Source: Candidatus Moraniibacteriota bacterium (GTDB taxonomy: Bacteria; Patescibacteriota; Minisyncoccia; Moranbacterales; UBA2206). Taken from it: a stretch of DNA of 46,168 bases. Shown piece by piece: positions 28,324 to 38,035 of this stretch. The translations under genes and the position numbers were made by a program. The stretch lies in NCBI GenBank assembly GCA_030679985.1, contig JAUXSI010000004.1:1-46168 (forward strand), read 5' to 3'. Below the pieces are notes generated by a model. It had not been told where the DNA came from and ran no database searches. It saw only the letters and a list, made by a program, of their open reading frames with translations. The first letter of the stretch is position 1, and every line of letters begins with the position of its first letter.

Positions 28324-28779
28324 ATGGTAAAATTCGTAACTGAAGAGGGCTTGAAGAAAATTAAAGAAGAATTGGAGCATAGAAAAACGACGGTGCGCCA
28401 GGAAATCGCCAATGCGATCAAAGAGGCGAAAGAGCAGGGTGATTTGAGCGAAAACGCCGAGTATAGCGAAGCCAAGAGGCAACAGGCGGAAAACGAGGCG
28501 CGCGTGGCCGAGTTGGAATTTATGCTCAAGGAAGTGACTGTGGTGACTCGCGACCAATCCATGGATTCCGTGCAAATGGGATCGAAAGTGATCGTCCATT
28601 TCAACGGATCGGATATGGAATTCCAAATCGTCGGTTCCAACGAGGCTAGTCCGGCGGAAATGAAAATTTCCAACGAGTCGCCGTTGGGCAAGGGATTCAT
28701 CGGCAAGAAAAAAGGTGATGAGGTTGAAATCGATACGCCGGGCGGAAAAGTGAAATATAAGATTCTAGATGTAAAATAA
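28324..28779 (+). CDS. greA: Transcription elongation factor GreA
   Basis: GDLSENAEY, ISNESPLGK, TPGG. Confidence 0.96.
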   Translation: MVKFVTEEGLKKIKEELEHRKTTVRQEIANAIKEAKEQGDLSENAEYSEAKRQQAENEARVAELEFMLKEVTVVTRDQSMDSVQMGSKVIVHFNGSDMEFQIVGSNEASPAEMKISNESPLGKGFIGKKKGDEVEIDTPGGKVKYKILDVK

Positions 28780-28800
28780 TTTAGAAAAATTTTTGATATC

Positions 28801-28845
28801 AAAAGCCAAGCTTAGGAATAATTTCCAGGCTTGGTTTTGTTTTTT
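28801..28845 (+). terminator. Intrinsic terminator after greA
   Basis: AAAAGCCAAGC...GCTTGGTTTT followed by a T-tract. Confidence 0.75.
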
Positions 28846-28923
28846 GGTGGGCATTGAAGTTGAGTGGTATGCTATAATTAAATAAAAATGGATAGAGACA
28901 TTAATATTAAATTTTTATAGATT

Positions 28924-30993
28924 ATGAGTGTATTTGAAAATAATATAGAAAAGATATCTAAATTAACTTGTGGCATTTCTGGTAAATGGGATGGTGCTGA
29001 TCATTTTAGTAAGAATGAGAAAAACTTTCCATTGAATATTGAGGATAATAGCGGTTCAGGTGGACAACTAAAAAGTCCGGAAGATAGTGTTGGGGGGATG
29101 CTGGACATCATTGCACATAGAGGGCCGGATGCAAAAACTATCATTTCCAGCAAGGATAGTTCATATGTCGCAGGTCAAAGTCGTTTGGCTATTGTTGGAT
29201 TGAGAGAAGATGATATGCGTTTTGATAGTATGAAATCAATGGAATTTAGGGATGGAGAAAGGGAGTATATCTTGACTTTTAATGGCGAGATTTATAATTA
29301 TAGGGAATTGCAGAACGAATTAATAAAAAAAGGTTATGTTTTTGAAACTGAAACGGATACGGAGGTCCTATTGAAATTTTTAGTAGAATATGGAATTATA
29401 GGTGTTGAGAGATTAGATGGTCAATTTGCTTTTGCCTTTAGGGATTCAGAAAAGAAGGAAATTTATTTTGCTAGAGATCGCACTGGTAAGAAGCCGCTTT
29501 ATTATTATTTTGATGGAGAAAAACTTTATTTCGCGTCTGAGCCGAATGCGATTGTTCCGGAAATCGGTTTTGATCCGAATATGGAATCAATTACATCTTT
29601 TTTCATTGACGGGGCGACTTTTGCAGCCGGAGAGGAGCCGATAGGTGAGTCTATATATAAAGATATTGCGCAATTAAAGCCGGGGGAAATTATCAAATTT
29701 GATGAGACCAATAGGCGCTTGGAGAAAAATATATACGCCGTCCTGCCTATAAAAGATATCGTCGAAAAAAAAGAAACGCGGGAGTATATACAGGATTTAA
29801 GAATTAATTTGGAAATTGCTATTAGGAAAAGGGTTGCTCCAGAGGTTCAGATGGGCGCAGCGTTAAGCGGTGGTTTGGATTCTAGTATCGTGACATTGAT
29901 TACGGCTGATGAATTGAAAAAGTATGACAAGAAATTAATAGCAGCATCTATTTTTTATACAGCCCAAGCAAAAAACGAGGACTATAAGCATGCTAAGATC
30001 GTGGCGGATACATGTGAGAACGTGGAACTTTTCGCAACTGAAATATCGCCAGAAAATTTCCTGGATAATTTGGAGGAAATGGTAAAGGCTTTGGGGATTC
30101 AGGATAGTATTAGACAGTTGGCCATGTATGCTAACTATAAAAAATTAAAAGAAAATGGCGTTAAGGTTGCAGTTATAGGCGAAGGAGCGGATGAATTCAA
30201 TTGGGGCTATTGGCATAAGTTTCCTGGCCTAAGGGAAGACAGGGAAGAATGTTCGACAGCTGAAGGCTTGAAGGAATTAATTTTAGGAAGAAAAGAATAT
30301 GTTGAAAAATTGGTTTCAGATAAAATAATAAGTACGATTGATTTTGAAAAAGGCATAAATTATTTAGTAGATATTTATAATAGCTTTGAAACAAATGATT
30401 CCACCAGGAGGATGATGGGAGTTTATGCATTAGCATTTATGGGTTTTCTTAATAAAGCTAACGATCGCTTATCAATGGCTAATTCTATCGAAGCCAGAGC
30501 GCCATATCAAGATAATAAGGTTGTTGAGACATGCTTGAATATTCCTCGGGAAGAGCAAATAACCGAGAATACTGAAAAATACATATTAAGAGAGGCATTT
30601 AAGAATGTTCTTCCTGAAAGTATATATAAGAGGCCTAAAGAACCATTACCAGCCGCAGCTCATATGGCTTATCATGAAAAAATAGCGGAAGAATTTAAGA
30701 GAAGATTAGAGGGTGTTGATGGGAGTTTTTGGGATTATTTCAATAAAGAAACCTGGTTCAATATTTTAAAAAGTTATGAAACAAGGATAGTTGATTTAAA
30801 AAATGAATTTCTGGATTCTGAGGAGGCCGGATCAAAATTGATGGTTTGGAGAAAGGCCAGTTCAAAAATCGATATAATCGGCCATGAAGAAGATGGTAAA
30901 TATATAGCAGGTAAAAATATTTTAACTAATGATGTTTTTAAATTACTTACTACGATTATTTGGTATAGTCAGAATTTAAAATATTCTAAATAA
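28924..30993 (+). CDS. AsnB-family glutamine-hydrolysing amidotransferase with a 15-aa N-terminal pro-segment
   Basis: CGI at residue 16, HRGPD, RLAI, FNGEIYNY, TDTEV, ARDRTGKKPLYY, LSGGLDSS, GEGADE, DRLSMANSIEARAPY. Confidence 0.88.
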   Translation: MSVFENNIEKISKLTCGISGKWDGADHFSKNEKNFPLNIEDNSGSGGQLKSPEDSVGGMLDIIAHRGPDAKTIISSKDSSYVAGQSRLAIVGLREDDMRFDSMKSMEFRDGEREYILTFNGEIYNYRELQNELIKKGYVFETETDTEVLLKFLVEYGIIGVERLDGQFAFAFRDSEKKEIYFARDRTGKKPLYYYFDGEKLYFASEPNAIVPEIGFDPNMESITSFFIDGATFAAGEEPIGESIYKDIAQLKPGEIIKFDETNRRLEKNIYAVLPIKDIVEKKETREYIQDLRINLEIAIRKRVAPEVQMGAALSGGLDSSIVTLITADELKKYDKKLIAASIFYTAQAKNEDYKHAKIVADTCENVELFATEISPENFLDNLEEMVKALGIQDSIRQLAMYANYKKLKENGVKVAVIGEGADEFNWGYWHKFPGLREDREECSTAEGLKELILGRKEYVEKLVSDKIISTIDFEKGINYLVDIYNSFETNDSTRRMMGVYALAFMGFLNKANDRLSMANSIEARAPYQDNKVVETCLNIPREEQITENTEKYILREAFKNVLPESIYKRPKEPLPAAAHMAYHEKIAEEFKRRLEGVDGSFWDYFNKETWFNILKSYETRIVDLKNEFLDSEEAGSKLMVWRKASSKIDIIGHEEDGKYIAGKNILTNDVFKLLTTIIWYSQNLKYSK

Positions 30994-30997
30994 AAAT

Positions 30998-31579
30998 ATG
31001 AAAAAAAGCGAATTAAAAATCAATTACAAAAACACTGCATTGTTGATTATTGATATGCAAAATGATTTTATTGAAAAGGATGCAATTATCGAAGTTCCTG
31101 GAATAAGGAAGAATTTATTAAAGTATGCGAGATTTATTGATGAATGTAGGAATAAGGGAATTTCGATAATATATACTAAACATATATTCAGTCCGAGAAA
31201 TAATCCGATTGAGGCCAGATTGTTTCCTGAGCTTTCTAAAAATGGCTTAAGAAAAAATACCCATGGAAGCGATATCGTAACGGAGTTGTATCCGAAAGGA
31301 AATGATGTGATAATTGAAAAAAATAGATATGACGCTTTTTATGGAACTAATCTAGATAATGTTTTGAAGGATAAAAAAATAAAGAATATTATAATTTCCG
31401 GAACTATGACGAACATATGCTGTGACTCAACTATGCGTTCGGCTATGTATAGGGATTATAACATTTTGTTTTTATCTGACTTGAATTATGCATTTGATAA
31501 AAAAGTACACGATAGCACTCTTAAAACCGTGGAAACTAATTTTGGGCTGGTCGTGTCGTCGAAACAATTTAGTTTCTGA
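30998..31579 (+). CDS. Isochorismatase-like cysteine hydrolase
   Basis: IIDMQNDF (Asp), EKNRYDAF (Lys), GTMTNICC (Cys) triad. Confidence 0.9.
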   Translation: MKKSELKINYKNTALLIIDMQNDFIEKDAIIEVPGIRKNLLKYARFIDECRNKGISIIYTKHIFSPRNNPIEARLFPELSKNGLRKNTHGSDIVTELYPKGNDVIIEKNRYDAFYGTNLDNVLKDKKIKNIIISGTMTNICCDSTMRSAMYRDYNILFLSDLNYAFDKKVHDSTLKTVETNFGLVVSSKQFSF

Positions 31580-31627
31580 TAGTAAATGGGTCAATATATG
31601 CCTATAAGTTACATTATCGTTAAATAT

Positions 31628-31656
31628 TTGATTTTATGGGCTTTTTACGATAGAAT
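31628..31656 (+). promoter_or_regulatory. lysS promoter
   Basis: TTGATT-17 nt-TAGAAT. Confidence 0.65.
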
Positions 31657-31696
31657 TTAATTTATATGGCGCTAAATACTAATTTGAAACACTACG

Positions 31697-33145
31697 ATGA
31701 GGGAAGATATCTTGCAGACAAAATTGGATAAATTGGATAATATCCGCGCGTTCGGCATGGAGGCCTATCCGGAAAAAACCCGGCGGGATATGGACAACAA
31801 GGAGGCTTTGGATAGATTTGATGAATTAGGCGGAAAAGAAATCACCATGGTGGGGCGGGTACGGTCATTCCGGCCGATGGGCGGTTCGACTTTCGCGCAC
31901 ATCGAGGATGGGTCCGGAAAAATCCAATTGTTTTTGAACAAGAACAACATCGATGAAGCGAAATATAAATTATTCGCCAAAAATGTCGAGCTGGGGGATT
32001 TCGTGCAGGTGACCGGCAAGCTTTTCAAGACCAAACAGGAGGAAAAGACCTTGGAGGTCCACGACTGGACGATGTTGTCGAAAAATATGCGGCCGATACC
32101 GACCGAGCATTTCGGTATCAAGGATGAAGAGGAAAAACTGCGCAGGCGGTATTTGGATTTACTGGCCAATCCGGAAACGCGCGAACTTTTCCGTAAGAAA
32201 AATAAATTTTGGCAGACCGTGCGTCAAAGCTTGGCGCAGGAAGATTTTTTGGAGGTGCAGACTCCCGTGTTGGAGCATATTCCGGGAGGAGCCGACGCGG
32301 AGCCGTTTTTGACCCATCATAACGCCCTTGACCAAGATTTTTATCTGCGTATCTCGCTCGAACTTCCCCTTAAAAGACTTTTGGTCGGAGGTTACGAAAA
32401 AGTTTTTGAAATCGGGAGATGTTTCCGCAATGAAGGGATGGATAGGGAGCATCTGCAAGAATTCGATAATACGGAATTTTATGCCGGCTATTGGGATTTG
32501 GAAAAAGGGATGAAATTCGTCGAATCTTTGTATAAAAAAATAGTATTTGAAACGACAGGCGGCTATGAAACGGAATATGAAGGGGACAAGATAAATTGGA
32601 ATATCGATTTCCCCCATATTGATTATTTTACGGAATTTAAAAAAATTACGGGTTTTGATTTGTCGGAAGATATTCCGGTTGAAGATCTGAAAAAGAAGGC
32701 GGATGAGCTGGGCGTGAAATATGAAGCGAATTACGGCAAGGGCAGGATGATCGATACGATTTATAAAAAAACGATCCGACAGAAATTGATCCAACCTTGT
32801 TTTTTGGTGGGCCATCCGATCGATGTTTCGCCTTTGGCGAAAGCCGATCCAAGCAATCCGCGTAAGACTTTGCGGATGCAGCCGATCGCCGGAAGGTCGG
32901 AATTGGGCAATGGCTTCGCCGAATTGAATGATCCGATCGACCAGAAAAGCAGGTTTGAACAGCAGATGAAGATGCGCGAGGCGGGGGACGCGGAAGCCCA
33001 GATGATGGACGAAGATTTCATTGAAGCCTTGGAATACGGCATGCCTCCGGCTTTCGGGTTTGGGATGGGCGAGCGATTTTTCTCTTTCATAATGGACAGG
33101 TCTATCCGCGAAACGGTCATTTTCGCCGCGGTAAAAAAGAAATAA
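31697..33145 (+). CDS. lysS: Lysyl-tRNA synthetase (class II)
   Basis: RRRYLDL, GGADAEPF.THHN, LRISLEL, FRNEG, ELNDP, EYGMPP. Confidence 0.96.
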   Translation: MREDILQTKLDKLDNIRAFGMEAYPEKTRRDMDNKEALDRFDELGGKEITMVGRVRSFRPMGGSTFAHIEDGSGKIQLFLNKNNIDEAKYKLFAKNVELGDFVQVTGKLFKTKQEEKTLEVHDWTMLSKNMRPIPTEHFGIKDEEEKLRRRYLDLLANPETRELFRKKNKFWQTVRQSLAQEDFLEVQTPVLEHIPGGADAEPFLTHHNALDQDFYLRISLELPLKRLLVGGYEKVFEIGRCFRNEGMDREHLQEFDNTEFYAGYWDLEKGMKFVESLYKKIVFETTGGYETEYEGDKINWNIDFPHIDYFTEFKKITGFDLSEDIPVEDLKKKADELGVKYEANYGKGRMIDTIYKKTIRQKLIQPCFLVGHPIDVSPLAKADPSNPRKTLRMQPIAGRSELGNGFAELNDPIDQKSRFEQQMKMREAGDAEAQMMDEDFIEALEYGMPPAFGFGMGERFFSFIMDRSIRETVIFAAVKKK

Positions 33146-33192
33146 TTTTTAGGGGCGCTAAGGAGGACAAAAACCAGGGTCGGAAAAAATCA

Positions 33193-33828
33193 ATGGAAAA
33201 AATATTCGATTTTTTGCATAAAATTGAAAAATTAAAATCCACCCTACGGTTCAGCGGCAGGGCTATCAAGGGCCGGCCGGAATCCAGCGCGGAACATTCT
33301 TGGCGGTTGACGCTGATGGTTTTTGTTTTCGCGGAAGAATTGAAGTTAGATTTGGATGTCAATCACGCTGTCAGGATGGCGATCGTGCATGATTTGGCCG
33401 AGGCGATAACCGGGGATATCGACGCGCTGGACATTTATGACGGAAAAGTATCCAAAGAAGAAAAAGAAAAAATGGAAATTGCGGCTATGGATGAATTGAG
33501 GGATACTTTGCCTGATGGACTGGGTTCGGATATCTATGGTTTGTGGCAAGAATATGTAGAGGGGGAGACCAGGGAGGCGCGATTTGTGAAAGCTTTGGAC
33601 AAGATAGAAACTTTGACGCAAGTCTATGAGGCCGGACACGAATTTTATATCAGGCCGGATTTCATCCCGAATTATGCCGACCAGGCGGTGAAAAAATTTC
33701 CCGAATTGATCGAATCTTTGATGATAGTCAAAAGAAAATTAAAAACGGAATATGCCAAGGGCGGATTGGAATGGAAAGATGGCTATGATGAAATAATACA
33801 AACCGTATATTCCCATACGACCATATAA
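33193..33828 (+). CDS. HD-domain hydrolase (YfbR/HDDC2-like 5'-deoxynucleotidase family)
   Basis: LK...R, ESSAEHSW, HDLAEAITGD, EARFVKALDKIE. Confidence 0.88.
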   Translation: MEKIFDFLHKIEKLKSTLRFSGRAIKGRPESSAEHSWRLTLMVFVFAEELKLDLDVNHAVRMAIVHDLAEAITGDIDALDIYDGKVSKEEKEKMEIAAMDELRDTLPDGLGSDIYGLWQEYVEGETREARFVKALDKIETLTQVYEAGHEFYIRPDFIPNYADQAVKKFPELIESLMIVKRKLKTEYAKGGLEWKDGYDEIIQTVYSHTTI

Positions 33829-33857
33829 GGAAGGATTGAAAAAGTAGGAATAATTTT

Positions 33858-34325
33858 ATGGAACAGAGATATGTCGTTTGCGGCATAGCCCAAAGGGGCG
33901 ATGAGATAATTCTTGGAAAAAAGGCCAAAGGCGTTGCGCCATATCCGGATGTTTGGCATACTCCGGGCGGAGGTGCGGATGATTTTGAATTAGCCCGGGA
34001 ATTGTATGCGAAAGGAGATTTTGAAAATATTTATTTTCAAAACGAATTGAAGCGGGAAATGAAGGAGGAATTGGGAATTGAGATTGCGAATATACGCAGT
34101 ATCGTTCCGGAATACCGATCTGAACCGAGACAAGGCGAGGCTGTCGGCAAGCAAGGAGAATTGATCCATTATTACTTTTTGGAATATCTATGTGATTACG
34201 CGGGCGGAGGGCTTCGGCCAGGTGATGATTTGGCGGAAGCTAAATGGGTCAAGAAGAATGAATTGAAAAACGTCTCACTTACTCCGCCAAGCCAGGAAAT
34301 GTATCAAGAATTAGGTTGGATTTAA
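33858..34325 (+). CDS. NUDIX hydrolase with an insertion in the Nudix box
   Basis: WHTPGGG...LKREMKEELGI; PGDD..EAKWV. Confidence 0.85.
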   Translation: MEQRYVVCGIAQRGDEIILGKKAKGVAPYPDVWHTPGGGADDFELARELYAKGDFENIYFQNELKREMKEELGIEIANIRSIVPEYRSEPRQGEAVGKQGELIHYYFLEYLCDYAGGGLRPGDDLAEAKWVKKNELKNVSLTPPSQEMYQELGWI

Positions 34326-34359
34326 AAAGCATGGATAATAGTTTGGGGTAAATAAAAAA

Positions 34360-34959
34360 ATGAAAATTTTAATCGGGACCAATAATCAGGATAAATTGGC
34401 CCAGTATCGGCGGGTTTTCCAAGAAGTGAATTTTGATGCGGAAATCTTGTCTTTGGCGGATTTGCAGATTGATTTTGATGTAGAGGAAGATGGAGACAAT
34501 CTTTTGCACAATGCTCAGAAGAAGGCCCGGGAATATGCGGAAATATCAGGTTTGTTGACGATGGCGGATGATACCGGACTTTTTGTTGATGCGCTGGACG
34601 GCGAGCCGGGCATCCATGCCAAGCGTTGGCACGCCGGAACTGAGTATGAGCGATGCTTGAAATTATTAGACAGGATGAAAGATGTTCCGAAAGATCAGCG
34701 TAGTGCTAGATATATCGGCGTGGTGGCCACATATGATCCGCGGAATAAGGAAATTTGGTTCCATGAAACTAAAGCCGAGGGTTTTATCGTTGGTAGCGCA
34801 GATGAGATGAAGGGTGATAACGGTTTCGGTTATGACCCGATATTGCATGTGACAAGCTTTGGAAAAAATTACGCGGAGCTTAGCAATAGCGAGATAGATG
34901 TGATAAGCCATCGGACGAACGGCATAAGAGAATTTATAAAGAAATATTTAAATAAATGA
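34360..34959 (+). CDS. rdgB: Non-canonical purine NTP pyrophosphatase (RdgB/HAM1)
   Basis: TNNQDK, NAQKKA, ADDTGL, GFGYDPI, SHR. Confidence 0.9.
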   Translation: MKILIGTNNQDKLAQYRRVFQEVNFDAEILSLADLQIDFDVEEDGDNLLHNAQKKAREYAEISGLLTMADDTGLFVDALDGEPGIHAKRWHAGTEYERCLKLLDRMKDVPKDQRSARYIGVVATYDPRNKEIWFHETKAEGFIVGSADEMKGDNGFGYDPILHVTSFGKNYAELSNSEIDVISHRTNGIREFIKKYLNK

Positions 34960-35537
34960 GAAAAATTATTTTAGCCTCTAAATCGCCAAGAAGAAAGTTT
35001 TTGCTGGAGCAAATCGGGCTTGGGTTTGATATCCGTGAAAGCGAATATGAAGAAGACATGACGGTCATGAGCGACCCGCATGAGCTGGTCAAATTTTTGG
35101 CACTTAGCAAAGCCCAGGATGTGGCCAGGCACTATGAGGACGCTATCATTATCGGAGCGGATACTTTTGTTATTTTTAATGATAAATTTATCGGAAAACC
35201 GAAAGATGAGCAAGATGCTAGAAGAATATTGCAAAGCTTTTCTGGCAAGGAACATGAGGTTGCTACGGGCTTTGCTATTATTGATACGAAAAATAATATT
35301 ACAATAAATGATGTCGGAACGGCCTTGGTAAGATTCAGGGAATTATCTGAAGAGGAAATCGATAATTATATCGCTACCGGAGAACCTATGACGAGGGCTG
35401 GCGCGTATGGCTTGATGGAGAGGGCGGCGGTTTTGATTGAAAGCATCAATGGTGATTTTTATTCGGTCATCGGATTGCCGCTTAATAAGGTTTATGTGAA
35501 TCTATTGAAAATGGGAGTGGATGCGCTTAAATTTTAA
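34956..35537 (+). CDS. maf: Maf nucleoside triphosphate pyrophosphatase
   Basis: ILASKSPRR, GADT, GKP, AGAYG, VIGLP. Confidence 0.92.
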   Translation: MRKIILASKSPRRKFLLEQIGLGFDIRESEYEEDMTVMSDPHELVKFLALSKAQDVARHYEDAIIIGADTFVIFNDKFIGKPKDEQDARRILQSFSGKEHEVATGFAIIDTKNNITINDVGTALVRFRELSEEEIDNYIATGEPMTRAGAYGLMERAAVLIESINGDFYSVIGLPLNKVYVNLLKMGVDALKF

Positions 35538-35549
35538 ATAAAAAAACCA

Positions 35550-36092
35550 GTGGATTTCATAATCGCCAAATTTTTCAATCAGTTGGGGCGGGGGACGGTC
35601 GTCGATGCGCTTTCGATCATCGTCAGCTACAACGGTTTGTTCATCGCCCTGTTTTTGCTAGTCGGGTCGGTCGGTTTGTTTAAGGATAAGATTGATTTTA
35701 AAAAATTCATTTTGGCTTTGTTCATCGCTGTGGCTTTGCACTATTCCATCAGCGAAGGTTTTTTGAAAACTGTCGTGCCGCAATATTTCGGCTTGCGAGA
35801 GCGTCCGTATATCGCCCATTCTCAGGAAATTTTTCCGCTGGGAACGCGCAGTGTCAGCACTTCCTTTCCGTCCAACCATATGTCCAGTGTGGCGGCGACT
35901 TTGGGGGTGCTGGCCTATTTTTGCCGGAGATATTGGAAAGCCGTGGCCGTGTTTGCTGTTCTGACGGGGCTTTCCCGGATGCACAACGGGATGCACTATC
36001 CGTCGGATGTCCTGGGCGGGTTGTTTCTCGGCTTGGGCTATTCCCAATTTGCAGTTTATCTGGTTAACCGATATATTAAAGACAGGGAATAA
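35550..36092 (+). CDS. PAP2-family membrane phosphatase
   Basis: K..RERP, SFPSNH, SRMHNGMHYPSDV. Confidence 0.9.
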   Translation: MDFIIAKFFNQLGRGTVVDALSIIVSYNGLFIALFLLVGSVGLFKDKIDFKKFILALFIAVALHYSISEGFLKTVVPQYFGLRERPYIAHSQEIFPLGTRSVSTSFPSNHMSSVAATLGVLAYFCRRYWKAVAVFAVLTGLSRMHNGMHYPSDVLGGLFLGLGYSQFAVYLVNRYIKDRE

Positions 36093-36109
36093 AATTAGCG
36101 TACAAGCTT

Positions 36110-36640
36110 ATGGATATCCAAACTGAACTGCTCGACGTCGTAAATGGAAATGATGAAGTTATCGGACAGGATCTGAAGAGTAACAAAATCGCAAAAGGTT
36201 TTATTTCGAGAGTCGCGGCGGTTTTTTTGGCCGATTCGGAGGGAAAATTCATCATCACGAAAAGGTCTGAGCAAAAAATGATCGATCCGGGACTCTATGA
36301 CTTGGCGGCGGTCGGCAGCGTGGTGGCCGGAGAAAATTATGAAGCAGGAGCGCGGCGTGAATTGCATGAAGAATTATCGATCGTTTGCGAACTGGAATCG
36401 TTGGACAAATTTTATCAGGAGATAGACCATGAGAAAGGCAAGCTTAAATTTTTCTGCGCGGTTTTCCTGGGGCGGACCGACCAACTTCCCAAGCTTAATG
36501 ATGAAGTGGCTGGATTCGTGAAAATGAGCCTGGATGAAATTAAAAAAGAGATAGGCTTGCATCCGGAAAAATTTTGTCCGGGTTTCCTTAATGATTTCCG
36601 GCAAGTTGAGGAAAAGTTAGTCTTAAAAATATTAAGATAA
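36110..36640 (+). CDS. NUDIX hydrolase (YfcD/IDI-like)
   Basis: ELLDVV, KRS..K..DPG.YD, GSVVAGENYEAGARRELHEEL. Confidence 0.88.
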   Translation: MDIQTELLDVVNGNDEVIGQDLKSNKIAKGFISRVAAVFLADSEGKFIITKRSEQKMIDPGLYDLAAVGSVVAGENYEAGARRELHEELSIVCELESLDKFYQEIDHEKGKLKFFCAVFLGRTDQLPKLNDEVAGFVKMSLDEIKKEIGLHPEKFCPGFLNDFRQVEEKLVLKILR

Positions 36641-36645
36641 AAATT

Positions 36646-37002
36646 ATGGGCATCAAAGTGGAATTCAATCCGGACTTGGCGTTGCGTGACATCGCGGAGT
36701 TCAAAAAAGGCAAAAGGAAAATTGAGGAGTGCGTTCCGGAAAAACTGAAGGCCGGGAAGATTCATAATTTTCTCAAAAAAGAACAGCGCGTCTACTGGTT
36801 TTATGGCGCAGTGTCTTTGATTAAGACCACGACCAAGGGCGGTTCTTTTTCCCAGCCGGTGGCGGACGTGGAATTCGTCGAGGTCACGCATTTCATGCAG
36901 GATGGCGAAGTGTGGACGAAAGGCAAATATAGAGTACTGGAAGTTTTCGCGGAGGAAAAAATAAAATTCGTGAAAGGTTGCCAGATGGCAAGGAAAAAAT
37001 AA
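36646..37002 (+). CDS. Hypothetical protein
   Basis: MGIKVEFNPDLALR start; tight operon spacing. Confidence 0.75.
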   Translation: MGIKVEFNPDLALRDIAEFKKGKRKIEECVPEKLKAGKIHNFLKKEQRVYWFYGAVSLIKTTTKGGSFSQPVADVEFVEVTHFMQDGEVWTKGKYRVLEVFAEEKIKFVKGCQMARKK

Positions 37003-37090
37003 AATTATGCCAGGCAACTTCCGTGCGATCACATAAGGAAGAATGGCAAGGCGGGGATAGTTCTCCATAACATATTAAACTAAAAATTGT

Positions 37091-37336
37091 ATGTGGGATA
37101 TGGTCGCCCAAGCAGGAATATTTACATTCGGAGTGTTGGGAATCATCTTAGTCGCAAGAAAAAATAAATGGGGATTTGTTTTCGGACTTCTATCCCAGCC
37201 TTTTTGGTTCATCACTTCAATCCAAAATGGGCAGTGGGGCATAGTCGCGGTAAGCCTAATTTATACCTTCAGTTGGGCGTATGGAGTGTATAATTGGTTT
37301 TGGAAAAATGAGCAAAAGAAAGAGGTGATTAGCTAG
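37091..37336 (+). CDS. Small PnuC-like (nicotinamide riboside transporter-like) 3-TM protein
   Basis: RKNKWGF..GL.SQPFW, YGVYNW pattern. Confidence 0.6.
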   Translation: MWDMVAQAGIFTFGVLGIILVARKNKWGFVFGLLSQPFWFITSIQNGQWGIVAVSLIYTFSWAYGVYNWFWKNEQKKEVIS

Positions 37337-37347
37337 GAAATAACCAT

Positions 37348-38019
37348 ATGAAAAATACTTCAAAAAAAGAGTTGCTTGCTAAAATCGAAACGGAAGCCCG
37401 GAAATATTTCGTGGGCGCCAGCGGCTGTCATGATTGGACGCATATCGAGCGGGTGCGCGCGCTGGCTGTGCGCATCGGGAAAAAAGAGAAAGCCGATCTG
37501 TTCGTCGTGGAGGCGGCCGCACTCCTGCACGATATCGGCAGGAAGGCGGAAATGGAAAGCGGCGGCTTGTTTTGCCATGCTGAAAAAGGCGCCGAGATTG
37601 CCGGGATTATTTTGAAAAAACTCGGACTGGGGGAAGGTGAAATGGCGAATATCGTACATTGCGTCGGTTCGCACCGTTATCGCAAATCGAATGCGCCGGA
37701 AACTATCGAAGCCAAAGTCCTGTTTGACGCGGATAAGCTGGATTCGATCGGGGCGGTGGGTATAGCGCGGATTTTTCTGTTCGCGGGCAATGCCGGTGCG
37801 CGGACGCTCTATACCGGCAACGAAAAGAAATTGGCTCGCGACGGGAAGGATTATTCATATACGAAAGAAGATTCAGCCCTGCTGGAATATTATAAAAAAC
37901 TTAGATTTATTTATAAAAAAATATTGACCAAAGAAGGAAAAATTATCGCTAGGGAGCGGCAGGAATTTATGGATGATTTTTTCGCGCGTTTTGGCAAGGA
38001 AATCAAAAGCCTGGTTTAA
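37348..38019 (+). CDS. HD-domain phosphohydrolase (YedJ-like)
   Basis: HDWTHIERV, LLHDIG, DADKLDSIGAVGIAR. Confidence 0.9.
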   Translation: MKNTSKKELLAKIETEARKYFVGASGCHDWTHIERVRALAVRIGKKEKADLFVVEAAALLHDIGRKAEMESGGLFCHAEKGAEIAGIILKKLGLGEGEMANIVHCVGSHRYRKSNAPETIEAKVLFDADKLDSIGAVGIARIFLFAGNAGARTLYTGNEKKLARDGKDYSYTKEDSALLEYYKKLRFIYKKILTKEGKIIARERQEFMDDFFARFGKEIKSLV

Positions 38020-38035
38020 AAAAACGAAAAAAATT

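Noticed and set aside
28924-30993. Lasso-peptide cyclase
   Set aside because: Retains a full Ntn glutaminase domain; no B1/B2 proteins or precursor peptide nearby
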